Of a stretch of 64,000 bases of DNA, positions 1 through 12,520 are shown one piece after another (position 1 is the first letter of the stretch; each line of letters begins with the position of its first letter). The notes beneath the pieces were generated by a model, which saw nothing but the letters and a program-made list of their open reading frames with translations, was not told the DNA's origin and made no database searches. The position numbers and the translations under genes were made by a program. The DNA comes from Takakia lepidozioides. Taxonomy: Eukaryota; Plantae; Bryophyta. The stretch lies in the NCBI GenBank assembly GCA_030704615.1, contig CM060731.1, forward strand, positions 8,246,001 to 8,310,000, in the 5' to 3' direction.

Positions 1-630
1 CTCCACAACTAGATTAAAGGCAGGCACGGGTGTTGGTGCTGCAGCAGGAGCTTGAGTGGATTTCCCAGTTCCTATACCACTTGTCCCACTACTAGTGTTT
101 GCAGTTGGAGATGTTTGTGTAGCTGCTGGTGTCGCCGCTGCCCTTGTGCCTCTAGTGATTGAGACATAGTTAAGTGAGCAATACTCTTGCCACTCCTCAA
201 TCTCCACCGCATGTCCCCGCCTAAATTCATGGTAATCATCCATGGGCGGCCCCTCAAGGTGCTGGAATAGCCCCTCCCACGTCATAAAGGGCGTAAACAG
301 TTGTGGATTGTGCATTTGCTGCAAATCACACCAACTGTCAAACTCTTGTATGAAGTCATCAAGCTCGATGGTGCCCACGGCTCCAGAGTACCTACGTGGC
401 CCCTTGGTAGCTCCATACATCTCCTCCATCGTGTCCCACAACAATGGCACGGAAATGACTTGCACCCTTGGCGAGAATCTTCTTGACTCCGAGTCTGAAC
501 CTTCCTCAGAAGACACTGAAGGTGAAGGTGGCCTAAACCGCACACCTCGTCTTGTGTACCCACTAGTATCGCTGGTGCTTGTACCGGCATTCCCCTCAAC
601 AACTGGTGGCACCTCCGTGATGAAAACTCA
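1..630 (-). pseudogene. gag: Retrotransposon Gag-like N-terminal region, running off the window start
   Basis: Manual translation of a minus frame that is open to position 1 (absent from the ORF track because it has no stop): MEEMYGATKGPRRYSGAVGTIELDDFIQEFDSWCDLQQ...WEGLFQHLEGPPMDDYHEF. This resembles a retrotransposon capsid N-terminus and is followed by an Ala/Thr/Pro linker. Confidence 0.6.
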
Positions 631-905
631 CAACCCAACCGGTTGTCAACCTGTCTCTAATCCCCACTCACAAGGTAACCGGGTAGAGAACCTGTTGCGG
701 CTACTGGTTTAAGCATGAATAATAGGTTTCTAACGTAGACCTGTACTTGCACCTGCATCCACCGCAAGCACTCCTATGGTCTGCTGGTCATCAACCCAAT
801 TTCACCGTAGAAGAAACACTGGTGGTCTTGCTGGTTATCACTCCAGCCTCACCACCGACAGCATACTCTAGGATTGGCCGGTGATCAAATCCGGACCAAC
901 CTCCT

Positions 906-3472
906 ATGAAAACAAGCGCCCACACAAAGCTAACATTGCGCACAGTCAAGCATGCAGGTGTGGCGAGGATCCAAACACAAGAAAATCAAGACAGTAACTC
1001 CCCCACACCAAAAACACTCCACAGTGTCGCTCCTGCAAGGACACCCCAGCCCAAACCCGGACTGACTCTTGCCTCTACCTACGGAAAGGTTTTGGCCTAC
1101 AGAGATGGTGAAAGACTATGGAGAAGAGAAACTAAAGCAATTCCTAACCCCAGAATGCTCTCATCCCACCACTCTCCCTCCTGTCTCTATCCACTCGCTT
1201 GTATGGCCGTGGCAAGTATTCTTCAAATATCCCTCAATCAATCCTTCAAGAGCTCTTCAACATTGTCCACCAAAGCTCCTCGAAGGGTCCTCCAATACTC
1301 TTCCAAGGACCCCAAAGATCCTCCAAACACTCCTCCAAGGGCCCTCAAATATCTTCCAAACAATCCTCCAAAGGCCCTTAAACTTCACTAAGTCCTTTCA
1401 ATGTTGATACCTTAACAGAGGTATAGTCTGAGGTTGCTAGGGTCCCTTATGTTGATGATACCTTTACATAGGTATAGTCTAAAAATGAGGGTTCTGTTTG
1501 GTATACTAACAGAGGTATAGTCTGAGCTTATTAGGATCCACATATGGTGATACCTCAACAGAGGTATAGTAAAAAGGACAAGCTCATGTTTGGTATACTA
1601 ACAGAGGTATAGTCTGAGCTGATTAGGGTTCACATATGGTGATACCTCAATAGAGGTATAGTGAAATGGACAAGCTCCTGTTTGGTATACTAACAGAGGT
1701 ATAGTCTCACAATAGGGTTCACATATGGACCATGGTGATACCTCAACAGAGGTATAGTCTGAGCATACACTACTAGGGTTTGTAATGAAGAGCTAGAATG
1801 CAAGTCCTTGACTTCTATGCTTCTACTCAAGCAAAAATATGGTCTCTAGGTGGTCATAAGATGCATCTTCTTGCTCTCTTCCACCCCAATGTGCAACCAA
1901 GAGTGGTCCAACTCAACTTGCAAGTCATTGTCCACCAAATCAATCCCCCTTCTAGTCCTTGGGATTTAATTGCAAACTACCATATCTCCATTGCCGAGCA
2001 ATCATGCATTTGTCTCCTCATCATTTGACAATTGCTCCAAATCAACACAAATTATCTCAGCACTTACAATAATGCTCCCAAGCAATCCGCCTGGGATCCC
2101 ACTCTCACGTCATATGCCTCATTTGGGGTCTTGCACCAATCCATCATCCATGTGCTCCTCTTGGTCATTTGAATGCATGTTCCATGACCTCTTGGCCTAT
2201 GTGTTGCTCTCCTTCATCATAACATGAATCAACACCTCTCCACTTCACACACAAATGGATCTCAAGGCCTTCACCTCTTGCTAGTTCAAGAGCTCCCCTT
2301 CTCAAACTTGAACGTACAAACTCAAGAGAACATGCTCCACACATGCACCACTTGCTTGGTCAACTATCCACCGCAAAGCTCGAACTACCAAGAGCATGAA
2401 TAGCCAAGTATTGCCTCCCCCTCTTGTCACATTACATAGTTAGGGTGAAGCTATGTATACATTGAATGATGATTTCCCTTCAAGGATTTCCCACCATATG
2501 TTCTCCCCTTCCAATGGCACCCTAAGCTTGGCTCCACACCACCATGATTGGAAGATTTCTTCACATACTCCCTTTCAAAACCTCTTGAGCTTCTTAGTGC
2601 TCTCCAAGTGTTTGCCCTTGTTGTCTTCAAGCCCAAGCATATGTAGCTCATTGGCTTCTCTTCCATAACATCCACACTTTGAACTTGCTTAACCCTAGCT
2701 TGATAGTGAAATGAACACTAACAAGCCTTTAGTCACTCTCCACAAGCCATGGCACACACCGTTGACTCCATAATGCATACAAATGAGATTCTCAAACCCT
2801 AGAATCCATGCTTCCATACACACAAGACTTCATCCTTGCAATCCTTGCAAAATCTTGTGACTCAAGAGTTTTCTTCTCAAGCTCTCCAACTCCTTGGTGC
2901 ATGCAACACTCGAGTAACTTTCCTTGCAACCCCTTGCAAGCCTGGTGATACAAGAGCTAAATTCTCCTAGCTCTCAACCTCTTTAACATACAAGTGCAAA
3001 ACTAATCCTTACACTCCGCACTCACAAGCATAAGGTGATTTTCTTGTAGTGATAAAAGATGAGAAATGAGAGAAGTGGAAGACAATGAAAACTCTCAAAG
3101 CATGAAGCAATCACACTAAGAACAAGCCCTAGTCATTCCAAGTGAAATCCACTCTATCACATAAACTAAGTCAAGCCAAGGGCACCCTTGCTAAGGGAAT
3201 CCACCCTACAAAGCCCTAAACACACTCCCTCTCAATACCTAGAGCTATGGAGGTAAGAGAAGCTCATGGAGGCTCAACTACAAGAAGATGAGCCCTCCTC
3301 AACACTCACAAGGGGAAAACCCCTTTCCCATGTCCCAAGTGAGGCTTGATACCTCACTTGGCATATGAGACCAAATGAAGTCCCAACACACAAAATACAA
3401 ATATAAATATCCAAAATGTCCTAGTTAACTAGAAATAGGTAATTCTAGTTATATTTCTAGTTAACCATGACA
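906..3472 (-). mobile_element. Probable 5' LTR (about 2.5 kb) of a minus-strand LTR retrotransposon
   Basis: Non-coding block upstream of the gag frame. On the minus strand it starts TGTCATGG at 3472, where unrelated coding sequence resumes, and ends ...TTTTCA near 906. The partner LTR and TSD are outside the window, so the boundaries are inferred. Confidence 0.45.
1405..1765. repeat. Tandem array, 8 copies of core (AAC)AGAGGTATAGT at about 45-50 bp period (about 93 bp dimer)
   Basis: Copies of aggtatagt near 1419, 1470, 1513, 1562, 1605, 1654, 1696 and 1750. Several units read ATACCTCAACAGAGGTAT, a 7-bp stem hairpin. Confidence 0.85.
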
Positions 3473-6400
3473 AAGTCGTTGATGAGTGAATGCATTGGAC
3501 TGGGTTTTAGATTTCCCGATGAGGGCTCAGTATTTACCGACGTAGGTTTGTCAAGGGTCTGGAGTATTTTTCTGGCTCTTCTGCACGCAATGGGGAACGA
3601 CATTCGCAAGAAGCAAGCACTAGAGGAAGCATCGAAGCCGAAGAAGGGAAAACGCAAGTCGTCAACAGCCGGCAATGATGACAATGAGGTTGGGACTTCC
3701 GCAGGAAAGAAGAAACAGAAGGAGGATCAAGATCCAGCATTGATGACAGATAACAAGAGACCTAAAGCTGGGGAGATTTTTGACAAGGAAAAGTGCGAGA
3801 AGATGGAGGAGAGGCTCACAAAGGAATACAATGACGTATTTCCGTTTGGACTCGAGAGTACCTTCCTTGTGAAGGTTTCCATGATAGAACTAGCTACAAG
3901 GAGCATGGTTTACATGCCGTTAAATATCAAGCATAAGGACGAAGTGAAAGCGTGACTCTTCCAGCTTCATTTGTTCGACTCCAAACATTCGGTGTATCTT
4001 GCGCCAATCAACCCTTCCAATCCCGAGAAGATTGCTTCATCGTGACCGAAGCAATGGAAGGAAATGGACGTATCCAGGTTCTTCGTCATTGGTGGAGAAC
4101 ACACCATCGTGGCCGCAAAGGTAATGGACTTCATTTCCACCCGGCCCTCTCTTTTAACAAACCTCCACTGGGCAATGGAGGTTGGTGTTCCCACGAAATT
4201 GGATATGTCCCTACCCTCTCAACTCTCTCACCCATTTTACCTTAACTGTAGCAGGAACTTCTCGAGGATCTTGCCGACAACGAACTGAAGGAATACTACC
4301 GGGAGTGGCCTGCGAAGATTGTATGGTCTACCGATGAACAAAGGCTCCTGAAGCTGTCAAGTTCCTCAATGATCCCAATAAGGCGCAAAAGTTTGATACA
4401 ACAATGCCAGAGAAAGTTGCGCATGCGCGAATGTTATTCAACTTGAGGGGGAAGCCAAAGAAATACAACGATCACACCACCAAGTCCAAGACAAAACAAT
4501 GGAAGGTATGCATTTATGGAATGAAATTCTATTATTCACATTCATTTTATGCTAAAGAATACTTATGTTGTCGGAGTGACACCTAATCTTTCCATGGATG
4601 AATGTGCAGGAGTTCATGTTTGCCTATCATTTGATACTTGAAATGGGTAGCATTAAGGAGGCAATGGTCCTAGTACTCTGCGACGACGACGTTTGGAAGA
4701 TCTGGAAAGATGTGTTCAAACGCTGGGAGCAGGGAAAGCTTCTCGACCTGCTTGGGATACAGTACAAGGGTGAACAACAACAGCTCACGAAATCTGCTAT
4801 CGCAAAGCTGCAAAGATTGAACAGATGGTAGCTGATAAAAGTTGCGCAAAAAATCCTGGACTTGAAATTGCCATTCGAGATTACAAAGGACAAGACAAAT
4901 CAATTCAAGGCATGAACAAGTACATAGACGACATGAAAATGCGCCGGTTTATTGTCGACGATGTTATGGAAGTGTTGGGGTGGCCTCGGAGGAGCAAACA
5001 GTGCACGGAACCATACACTAAGGACGAGTGGCATGAAGTGAAGAAAAAGTACCACTTCAATAAAGTAGAGTTCTCAACATTTAAAGACAAACTGGGGACG
5101 GATTACATCCAATGCAAGATTAAGATGAACATGGAGACAAAACCACTCACGGCCGCTTTTGTTAAGTACGTCTCCTCCATCAAAAAAGCTTATGAGGATA
5201 GAGAGGATGCCATGGCAATTATTTCAGCGAGTTTCAAGTCTCATTACGCTCTCATGGGGGGGGGGGGGGGAACCAAAATTCGCCGATGCCAAGTCTCGTC
5301 TGCGACTCGCACCGTACAATTTTTGAAGATGACTCTGTGGTATTTGAGGCCAAGGACTATGTGAACCTGGAAGCTTTTGTGGCTCGGAAAATGAACACAA
5401 GTGCTTTTGTTTTCTTCTCGACTCGACCATCCTCGGCCAATCTGGTCTCCTACATGCAAAATGGTCCCGAAAGAACATTGTATCTTGTCCGGTAGGGATT
5501 TTATGTTCCAGGGGAGTATGAAAATGTTTACAAAAACAGCACGAAGACTTTCTCTCGAACTGTCCTGTGCCTGGACTACGTTTTTCCAGCGACACCTGAG
5601 GAGATGCAGAATCCGGACGAGCACATCGCGACAGTGCTCTTAATCGAGCCAATTCAGCCGATTCTTGAAGGGCCTTCTGGGAAGCCATCAGATTTTGAAG
5701 AAGAGTGCAGGACTTATAATCATGGGCTATGAGGTGACACCTACGACTATTTGGCCTCCCTGTTTTGTCGAGACGGGATGTCCGTTGTCAACAGCTTTGG
5801 AGGCGTGATGTTGACGTACGCCCTTCATGTAAGTGTAAAACTTGTTTGCATTTTAAATACATTTTTTACATTTTTGATCGAACACGTCATCTGTTTTACT
5901 GACTGGGTATATCTGCAGGAAAGAATTTTTGAGTGCTTGACATCAACCACTCAACCAAAAAAAAATTTGCAAAGGAAAAGTTGAAGCTAATTTTAAGAAG
6001 CTTCAAATTGAGAATGACAATGTTGCTGAAGATATTGACGGCGGAGACAATGTGAGGATGAGGAAGTGGAGGATGAAGATTTGGAAGAAGGAGGAGGACA
6101 TTCCGAACACAGTGAGGAGGAGGAGGGCATCAAGGGTAACGAGGACAACGAGGGCCACGATGGAAACAATGCAGACCCTTGGGAGGCTGGACACCTTGAT
6201 GTGATTAAGGACTTCAGAACTCAGTCACTGAATGGACTTGAGAACACAACGCAAGACGTTGCGGTCCACAAGGTCGTGATTCTGGACGGGGATTCATCGA
6301 GTTCAAGCGAGAGAACTAAGAGTAATCCTCCTTCACCCTCAAGGGGTGCCAAGGCCAGCTCAATCGAGGTGGGCGGCAATCTTGTTCGGAGTGCAGAAGA

Positions 6401-6660
6401 CTGGTTCAAACCTGTAGAGGGGGACAAGCCGGCGCCAATGTCCCCGTCTCTCGCCAAATAAAGGGTATAGAGAGCGAGGACAAAGAGTCCGTTTCCCACA
6501 AAAGACAGCGGACACAGAGCGAGGACTAAGAGCCCGTCTCCCGCAAAACGGGACAGTGGTGTCAGAGCCAGGATTAAAAGCCCGTCTCCCGGAAAAAACA
6601 GGGGAGGCAAAGGCCGGACTCGAGCCCAACTGACTCTCAGAGTGTCTCACAACATGTCAA
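3473..6660 (+). pseudogene. Decayed spliced gene: ParB/Srx-like domain, degenerate DNA-methyltransferase-like fold, then acidic and Ser-Pro/Arg tail
   Basis: Joinable frames with GT-AG introns at 4121-4254, 4506-4609 and 5829-5918. Motifs VYMPLN..H, FFVIGGEHTIVA and IVWSTDEQRLLKLS..LN are ParB-like. Later LVCDSH...AFVFFS...YLASLFCRDGMSVVNSFGG follows beta-class MTase motif order. Several stops and frameshifts. Confidence 0.5.
6468..6598 (+). repeat. Three coding repeats RARTKSPSP-like (agagcgaggactaagagcccgtctccc)
   Basis: Direct repeats near 6471, 6515 and 6564. Confidence 0.8.
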
Positions 6661-7193
6661 TGTGGATGTAGGTAACGAATGACACCTTGAGATTTATGGT
6701 GTCTTTAAGTATTTTAAATGGAACAAATTGTGTGTATTGCATCTGATTGTATTCTGGTTGTGTTTTTGCCAATAGCTTATCGGTATTGATTTTGGTTTGT
6801 TGTCATCTTCCCGCCTTCTTCAACTTTACATGTGACTGACGGTTACGAAAACTCATATAGATCCATGAACGGAAATTGGAGGAAATTACACAAACCCGGA
6901 CATAATCCATCCCGCCTCAAACAGTGGGGAGGCAGGTGGACTTAACAATCAGGGTCAGCCCACCTGATCCGGTCATACAAGCAATCTCCACTACCAAGTC
7001 GACGTTGCGAGATGGAGGAATGAGTCGGAGATGGTCGTTGCTTAGCGCGAAGGAAAAGAGAGCGAGCAACCATAACAACGAATTCGGAATCCCTCCCCGA
7101 AATGGGTATACACTTCATAACCATCTTAGAAATGTTCTTCTTTGTCCTTCTTCTAGTTTTCAAAATGAATTAATTGTTCTGTTATTCCACAGG

Positions 7194-7820
7194 ATGATAT
7201 GAGTCACCCTCCAATCGACTATCACCAATCTGTGAACCCACAGAATTGGCATCGCCTCTTTGAGGGACCGAATGGATGTCGACCAGGATACTACGTCCTG
7301 GTTCTTGATGTCAGTTACCTTGGTGAGGTTTACCTCCAAGATGGCCCGAGATCCCCTCCCACAACCCATCCTTGTATATGCGCTGGAAAATTCAAGCTTG
7401 CAGTCCGAAATGGTTTGGAGACTTCCTGAAATGGGTCCTTAAGCATTTTAAGGTCTACTTTTGGAACACTGGACCGTTAGAAAATGTCCTGGATATAGGG
7501 CTGGCTTTGTTTGGAAGAAGGTTTTACAAGGTCAGGGAATTCAGCAATGAAGACTGCGTGAAGCATAGACAGACTTCCAGTGACGAATGGCCCAAATATC
7601 CAAAAGCACCAATATATCTTAAACGTCTTTACGACATTATCACTGTAGACGACACTGTAGCGTACAGATCAAACACACTTCTCATCGACATTGTAGAAAA
7701 TATGTATAATCTTCCTTCCAAAATGTAAAGCGCTCGTCGACCTATACAAGGACAGGTTTCTTCTGGATGAACTCAAACCGCACCTAAAAAGAGTTGCGGT
7801 TATCCGGAAAAGACGCTGAT
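7194..7820 (+). pseudogene. Degenerate FCP1/NIF-like HAD domain, copy 1
   Basis: VLVLDVSYL (motif I position), DFLKWVLKHFKVYFWNTG, IYLKRL and RSNTLLID. Frameshifted. Confidence 0.6.
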
Positions 7821-8080
7821 ATATTCAACGTGGAAAACCCAATAGGATGTCGACTGTATAATGACCCAAAGGTCAAATGCCTCTTGCTATGGGATTTGTA
7901 GTGACAGGTTTATCTTAGAAAACAAAAATTTCCTGACACTTCCTTGGAACAGATTGAAACGTAGATGGCTACTCAAGATTTTCCTGAACCTCGACTGTCC
8001 AGTGGACGTTGCTCCCAATGTCAATCCTGTCCATGGTTTATCTTGATTGCCACCTAAGTGGATGTATGAATTTCTCACAG

Positions 8081-8805
8081 ATTGCAGCACCAGTTTCTCC
8101 ACTTGCGAAAGGATTGTGCTTGATAATTTTTGACCTGAATGGAGTTTTGTGCAAAGTCTTGAGCACCAGAAGAGCTACAATGTCCCCGGAATGTCTGAGA
8201 CAGACTACAGGATACCAACTCTTGTTGGATTTTGACTTGTCTATAGGCGGGAAAAATATCGTGAGATGTGGACAGAGTTGAACAAACATTTCCGTCTAGG
8301 AATATGGAGCTATATGATGTACAAGAACTTGCAGCCTGTCCTGGATTTTATGCTTCGGGGTCTTCCTCAGCAGACATTCGTAATGTCTCAAGAAGATTGT
8401 ATCTCATGTCCTACTTCTGTCCACCCTCAATTTATACCAGGATACGACCCACCGAGTCTATTCTTGAAGCCATTGATGACGGTCTGGCAAAGATTTGGTG
8501 GTCAGTACAACAGGAGTAACACTCTACTCATTGACGATTCTGCTATTAAGTGTATGTTGAATCCGCTTGAATCTTGTCTGATTCTGTTTGAATCCGTTGA
8601 CACTGACTCTTACTATCTCTAGAAGGTTCTCCAGAAATATTTGCTTGAAATGAAGAAATCTCGCACCGTTTCCAGTTATCTCAGGGAAAAGAGGATAGGA
8701 CTTAAGCCTTATCAGAATGTTTCCACCGATCCCAAGTTTAAGCCTCTCTTGGATTATATTGATCATTCTAATTACCGGAATCTCCGATATGATGCTTCAA
8801 AATAA
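8081..8805 (+). pseudogene. FCP1/NIF-like HAD domain, copy 2 (DLNG variant)
   Basis: LIIFDLNGVLC, HFRLGIWS, MSQEDC, LFLKPLMTVW and YNRSNTLLIDDSAIKCMLNP. One frameshift and an in-frame stop at 8620-8622. Confidence 0.8.
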
Positions 8806-11246
8806 AGATTTTATTGATCAACCACGTCTATCACTACAACAGATTGCGGCTTTTATGACTCCCATGGGTGCGCAGTCATGACATATTTATGGCAGAAATG
8901 CCGTTTGCAGTCATAAAATGCTTTTGAAGTCATAATGCAGGTCTGGGGAAGGCGTATATGCGACTACATGGCTCCGGACTCTGCGCAACACAGGTCAAAC
9001 ATGTTTGACCACGAATATTGGCATGGCAGATATGACTACCAGTCACGGTCATGGCTACACTGGAATGACGTGTGCATATTGCTAGACAGACATATGACTT
9101 CATGACTCTCACTCTAATGCATTCTGCCAGATCATCACATGGATGAATCGCTACATGACTGCACGTGTCGACACATTCTTTTCTGGTTATATATATAATA
9201 TATAAGTATTTATATTTTGAAAAAACGGAGACTCTGACAACTAGAATGAATTTAAAAAGAATAAAAATAAAATCAAAGTGCAAAAAGACTTTAAAAAAAA
9301 AAACACATTGGTTGGTAAGTGCACAGTGTGTCGCCTTGGTGGTTTGGGGTTCAAACCCGTTGCCCATATCCTGTGTGTGGGATTGTTCGTGATGGTATGT
9401 CTGGGCGTTGATCGTCCTGTAGGTCTTATGGCCCATAAATGAAGGCGGGTGAATTTTTCCCCCTCCTCAAGGGCATGTGGTTTCCTTTAAGAAAATTTAT
9501 TTTAAAAAAAAAAAAAAAAAAAAGGCTTTTAGGGTTTACAAAAAGGTTTAAAAACTTAAAAAGTTGCCCATCACGTAGCAGTGAACAGACTTAGAGCGAG
9601 CGGGAGGGAGAGAGAGAGAGGGCTGGGACTTAGAACGAGCGAGCGGGAGGGAGGGCAAACATGCATGGGAGGCCCGCAGTTGGAGCAACCTTCGCATCTG
9701 AAGCAAGCGTCCTAGAAATGTTAGGGTATGTGTCCGAGGAGGTTTCGACTGGGAACTCGTAGTTCTTGGGAGATTCAGCTTGGTCTTAGCAGGCCGTGTT
9801 TCAATCTCTACCCGCTCAGCTGCACCGTGGTGGTTCTGACAGACCAATCTGACATTACCTGACTACAGACACAAGCAGCACACACAAGAGGTCCTCTTGG
9901 GTTCATGGTCAGTCAAATCCTCCATGGGTCATGACACAAGGTTAGGGTTTAGGGTCAAGAAAGGATACCTTCGCTCCATTGTTGTAGTGGAGGTTGCTCC
10001 TCACAGCCACGTTGAAAATTTTGAGTACAGACATTTGTTGATGTGTAATTCCTCGGGCAAACTGCTTGCAAGGTTTGTGACCAAAAGATGAAAATGTGGT
10101 ATGCTTGGTTGGCGCAGTGCAACATCAAGTGGTTTCGAGAGTATGATAATATGACGGATCTTGGCGGGGATTGGTATTGGAATTTCATCTGGCGTAGTGC
10201 CCCTGTATATATCAGAGGTAAGGCTTTGTTCTCGTCTCCTTCCCAACTTTCACTAGTGTCTACGAGAGCAGTGTTAGAAAATGGTTTTGTTGCATGGTTC
10301 AACCTCTATCATAGAGCCAAACGCAGCAGCGATCGCCACGGGGCTCGGCCGACGCTGCCTTCCCTCTCTCTCTCTTATCGCTCGACTGGTTCGTTTCCTA
10401 GCTCATGGGAGTACGACGAGCTGGTGGTTTTAGTTTTTTTTTTGGTTGTTAAAGTTTTTTTGAACTCAGTTCTCTCTTTGCTTTTGTGACTCCTCCTCGA
10501 GTCCCATTTTTTCCATCTCCTTTGGATCACGTCTCTCGTAGTATGGTACATTTGGTGATTTCGATTTGGTCTCTTTGCTTTCAGATTTTCTTGCTTTCTC
10601 TTTCCTGATTCAATCTGTCTTTAGGTTCTTGATTGTGGTTTCAAACAGTAGTCAGTGTGGATTCTATCTTTCCCTCTTCTCTCGCTTCTTCTTATTCTGA
10701 GATGTATGCAAGGTTTGTTCTGTCTCTGCAGTATACAGATCGACTGGGAGTAGGTGGAGTTTCAGTAGCTCAAATTTTCAGGAGTTCAATGACAAGGTCA
10801 TGTGCACATGATCAGGCTCTCGGATTGGCAAGATTTCAATGAGCAGATTGTGGAAGCAGAGGCTCTGTCGTCAGTGAGAAGGGAGCTGCATATACACACA
10901 CACAGGCACAAGGGAGGCAGGGGTCTGGCTTCAATCCTCTCTCAATCCTTTGAATTTCTTTGCTTTGTAATATAAGCTGGCAGCTCCAGACGCCCGTAGT
11001 CGGGCGCGCGATCGGGCTGCACGAAGAACCTTAGCGCTTGAGCAGTAACTTTATGCTTGAGATCAATGCTGCTCAGTAATCCCTGAGCTTTTTAAGTAGT
11101 TAACCACATCATAGTAAACTATGAAGAGAACCATGTGACACCCTATGGTACCTTGCAAAGTTGCTTGGGATATTTGTTGTTGCACCTCATATCCATGACA
11201 TTGGAGCACAAGGCTAAGAAAGGGAGCATTGGGGTGGCAATGGCAG

Positions 11247-12064
11247 GTGTCTCCTACAGAGATCCGTGGTACACTGGGAACAGCGAACTAACTTTCCATC
11301 TGTGTGGGCATTCTGATGGCTCTTATTGTGGGGCTTCCCCTGAGTGGCAACCCTGCCTGGTACTGACTGGACACTGATGTGTTTGTGGACAGATGAAATA
11401 TTCAAAGAACATGTGCAGCATGATTTGTTTCTGTATTCTAGTCTTTCTTGTCTTGAAGGTGAAGGGTTGCTTTAGGCCTTCCGGTCATATAGACGCACAT
11501 GACATTTGGTCCAGTTAGTTGGAAGGCATAGTATCTGTAATGGGCATTTGTGGTGGCCAAAATGGTCCTTTGAGTGAGTGCAAGGTAGACAATACTGGTG
11601 CTGGGTAAATGGTTGGTACATTGTTTCGCAAATTGAACATGTATTCAATCAAAGTTAATTGGATGCCACTATGAGAGGTTGCCTTGTATGGAAATGGACG
11701 TCAGATTCTTTCTTTGGGGTGATAAAACAGGTGGCGTAGCATGTTTGCATTGGCTGCAGTGTCCTCCTTTGTTTGGGCATGGCATACACTCCAGAAAGCC
11801 CACGTTGGCCATGCAAGGTTAACTTCCATCCATATACGATGCATCTTGATTTTCTGTATCTTGTTGTTTTTGCAACAGGGTGACTATGCAGAGTTGGAAT
11901 GTTGAACAACTCCAAACAGAGAATTGAGTCTAGAACAACAATTGTTGTGTAATGTGGCTAGCACAACAAATGATTCAACGGAATGATGCTGGAGTGTGCA
12001 ACAAGGGAGGATAGCAGAGGCAGAGACAACGGCAAGACAACTGTGGGGCAAGGCAAAGTTTGAG
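11247..12064 (+). pseudogene. Captured exons and introns of a plastidic glucose transporter (pGlcT-like, MFS sugar porter)
   Basis: Exon 11247-11359 reads VSPTEIRGTLGTAN*LSICVGILMALIVGLPLSGNPAW. Exon about 11730-11817 reads WRSMFALAAV..LGMAYTPESPRW. Exon about 12002-12064 reads QGRIAEAETTARQLWGK. The order matches pGlcT, and the first two exons are flanked by AG/GT. Confidence 0.8.
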
Positions 12065-12289
12065 GTGGCCTTGGCAGACAGAGCACTACCCCAGCCAGTA
12101 CAGACCCAGTGTGTCTTATTCACCCAACTATCGACTCTCTGAAGAAGAGTTCTACAACCAGCCTATCACAAATCCAAACTACCTGAAGCATATCGGATTA
12201 TATTAGATTAGATTTCCCGGTAGTAAGCAGTCCTTCCATATTGATTCGTCACCCATTGATTTGCAGCAAACTTATGTAGTGTAACTTCC

Positions 12290-12520
12290 AGAGATCCCTG
12301 GTGACATCATCAAATCTGCAATTGTACCAGATGTCATCATGAACATTGCTCTGGTGGCCATGTATGCTAAATGTGGGAGCATCCAGGATGCCAAGGGAGT
12401 GTTCAACATTATGGCTGAACTAGATGTGGTGTCGTGGAATGCGATGCTTGCAGGGTGTGCAGAGCAGGAGCGCGGGATGGGGCTTTGGACACTTGAAAGC
12501 AAATGATGGGGAAAGGGGTG
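12290..12520 (+). pseudogene. Captured PLS-class PPR fragment
   Basis: GDIIKSAIVPDVIMNIALVAMYAKCGSIQDAKGVFNIMAELDVVSWNAMLAG. Confidence 0.9.

Noticed and set aside
870-905. PBS for the left-hand LTR element
   Set aside because: The minus-strand TGGTCCGGATTTG could not be matched confidently to a tRNA 3' end.
1405-1765. CRISPR-like appearance (palindromic repeat with regular spacing)
   Set aside because: The spacers are related to each other in a dimeric pattern, there are no cas genes, and the context is a eukaryotic LTR.
8930-9436. 168-aa and 164-aa minus-strand ORFs in both CACTA ends (also 15638-16132)
   Set aside because: They run through subterminal repeats and poly-A tracts, have no protein motifs, and are similar only because the DNA is duplicated.
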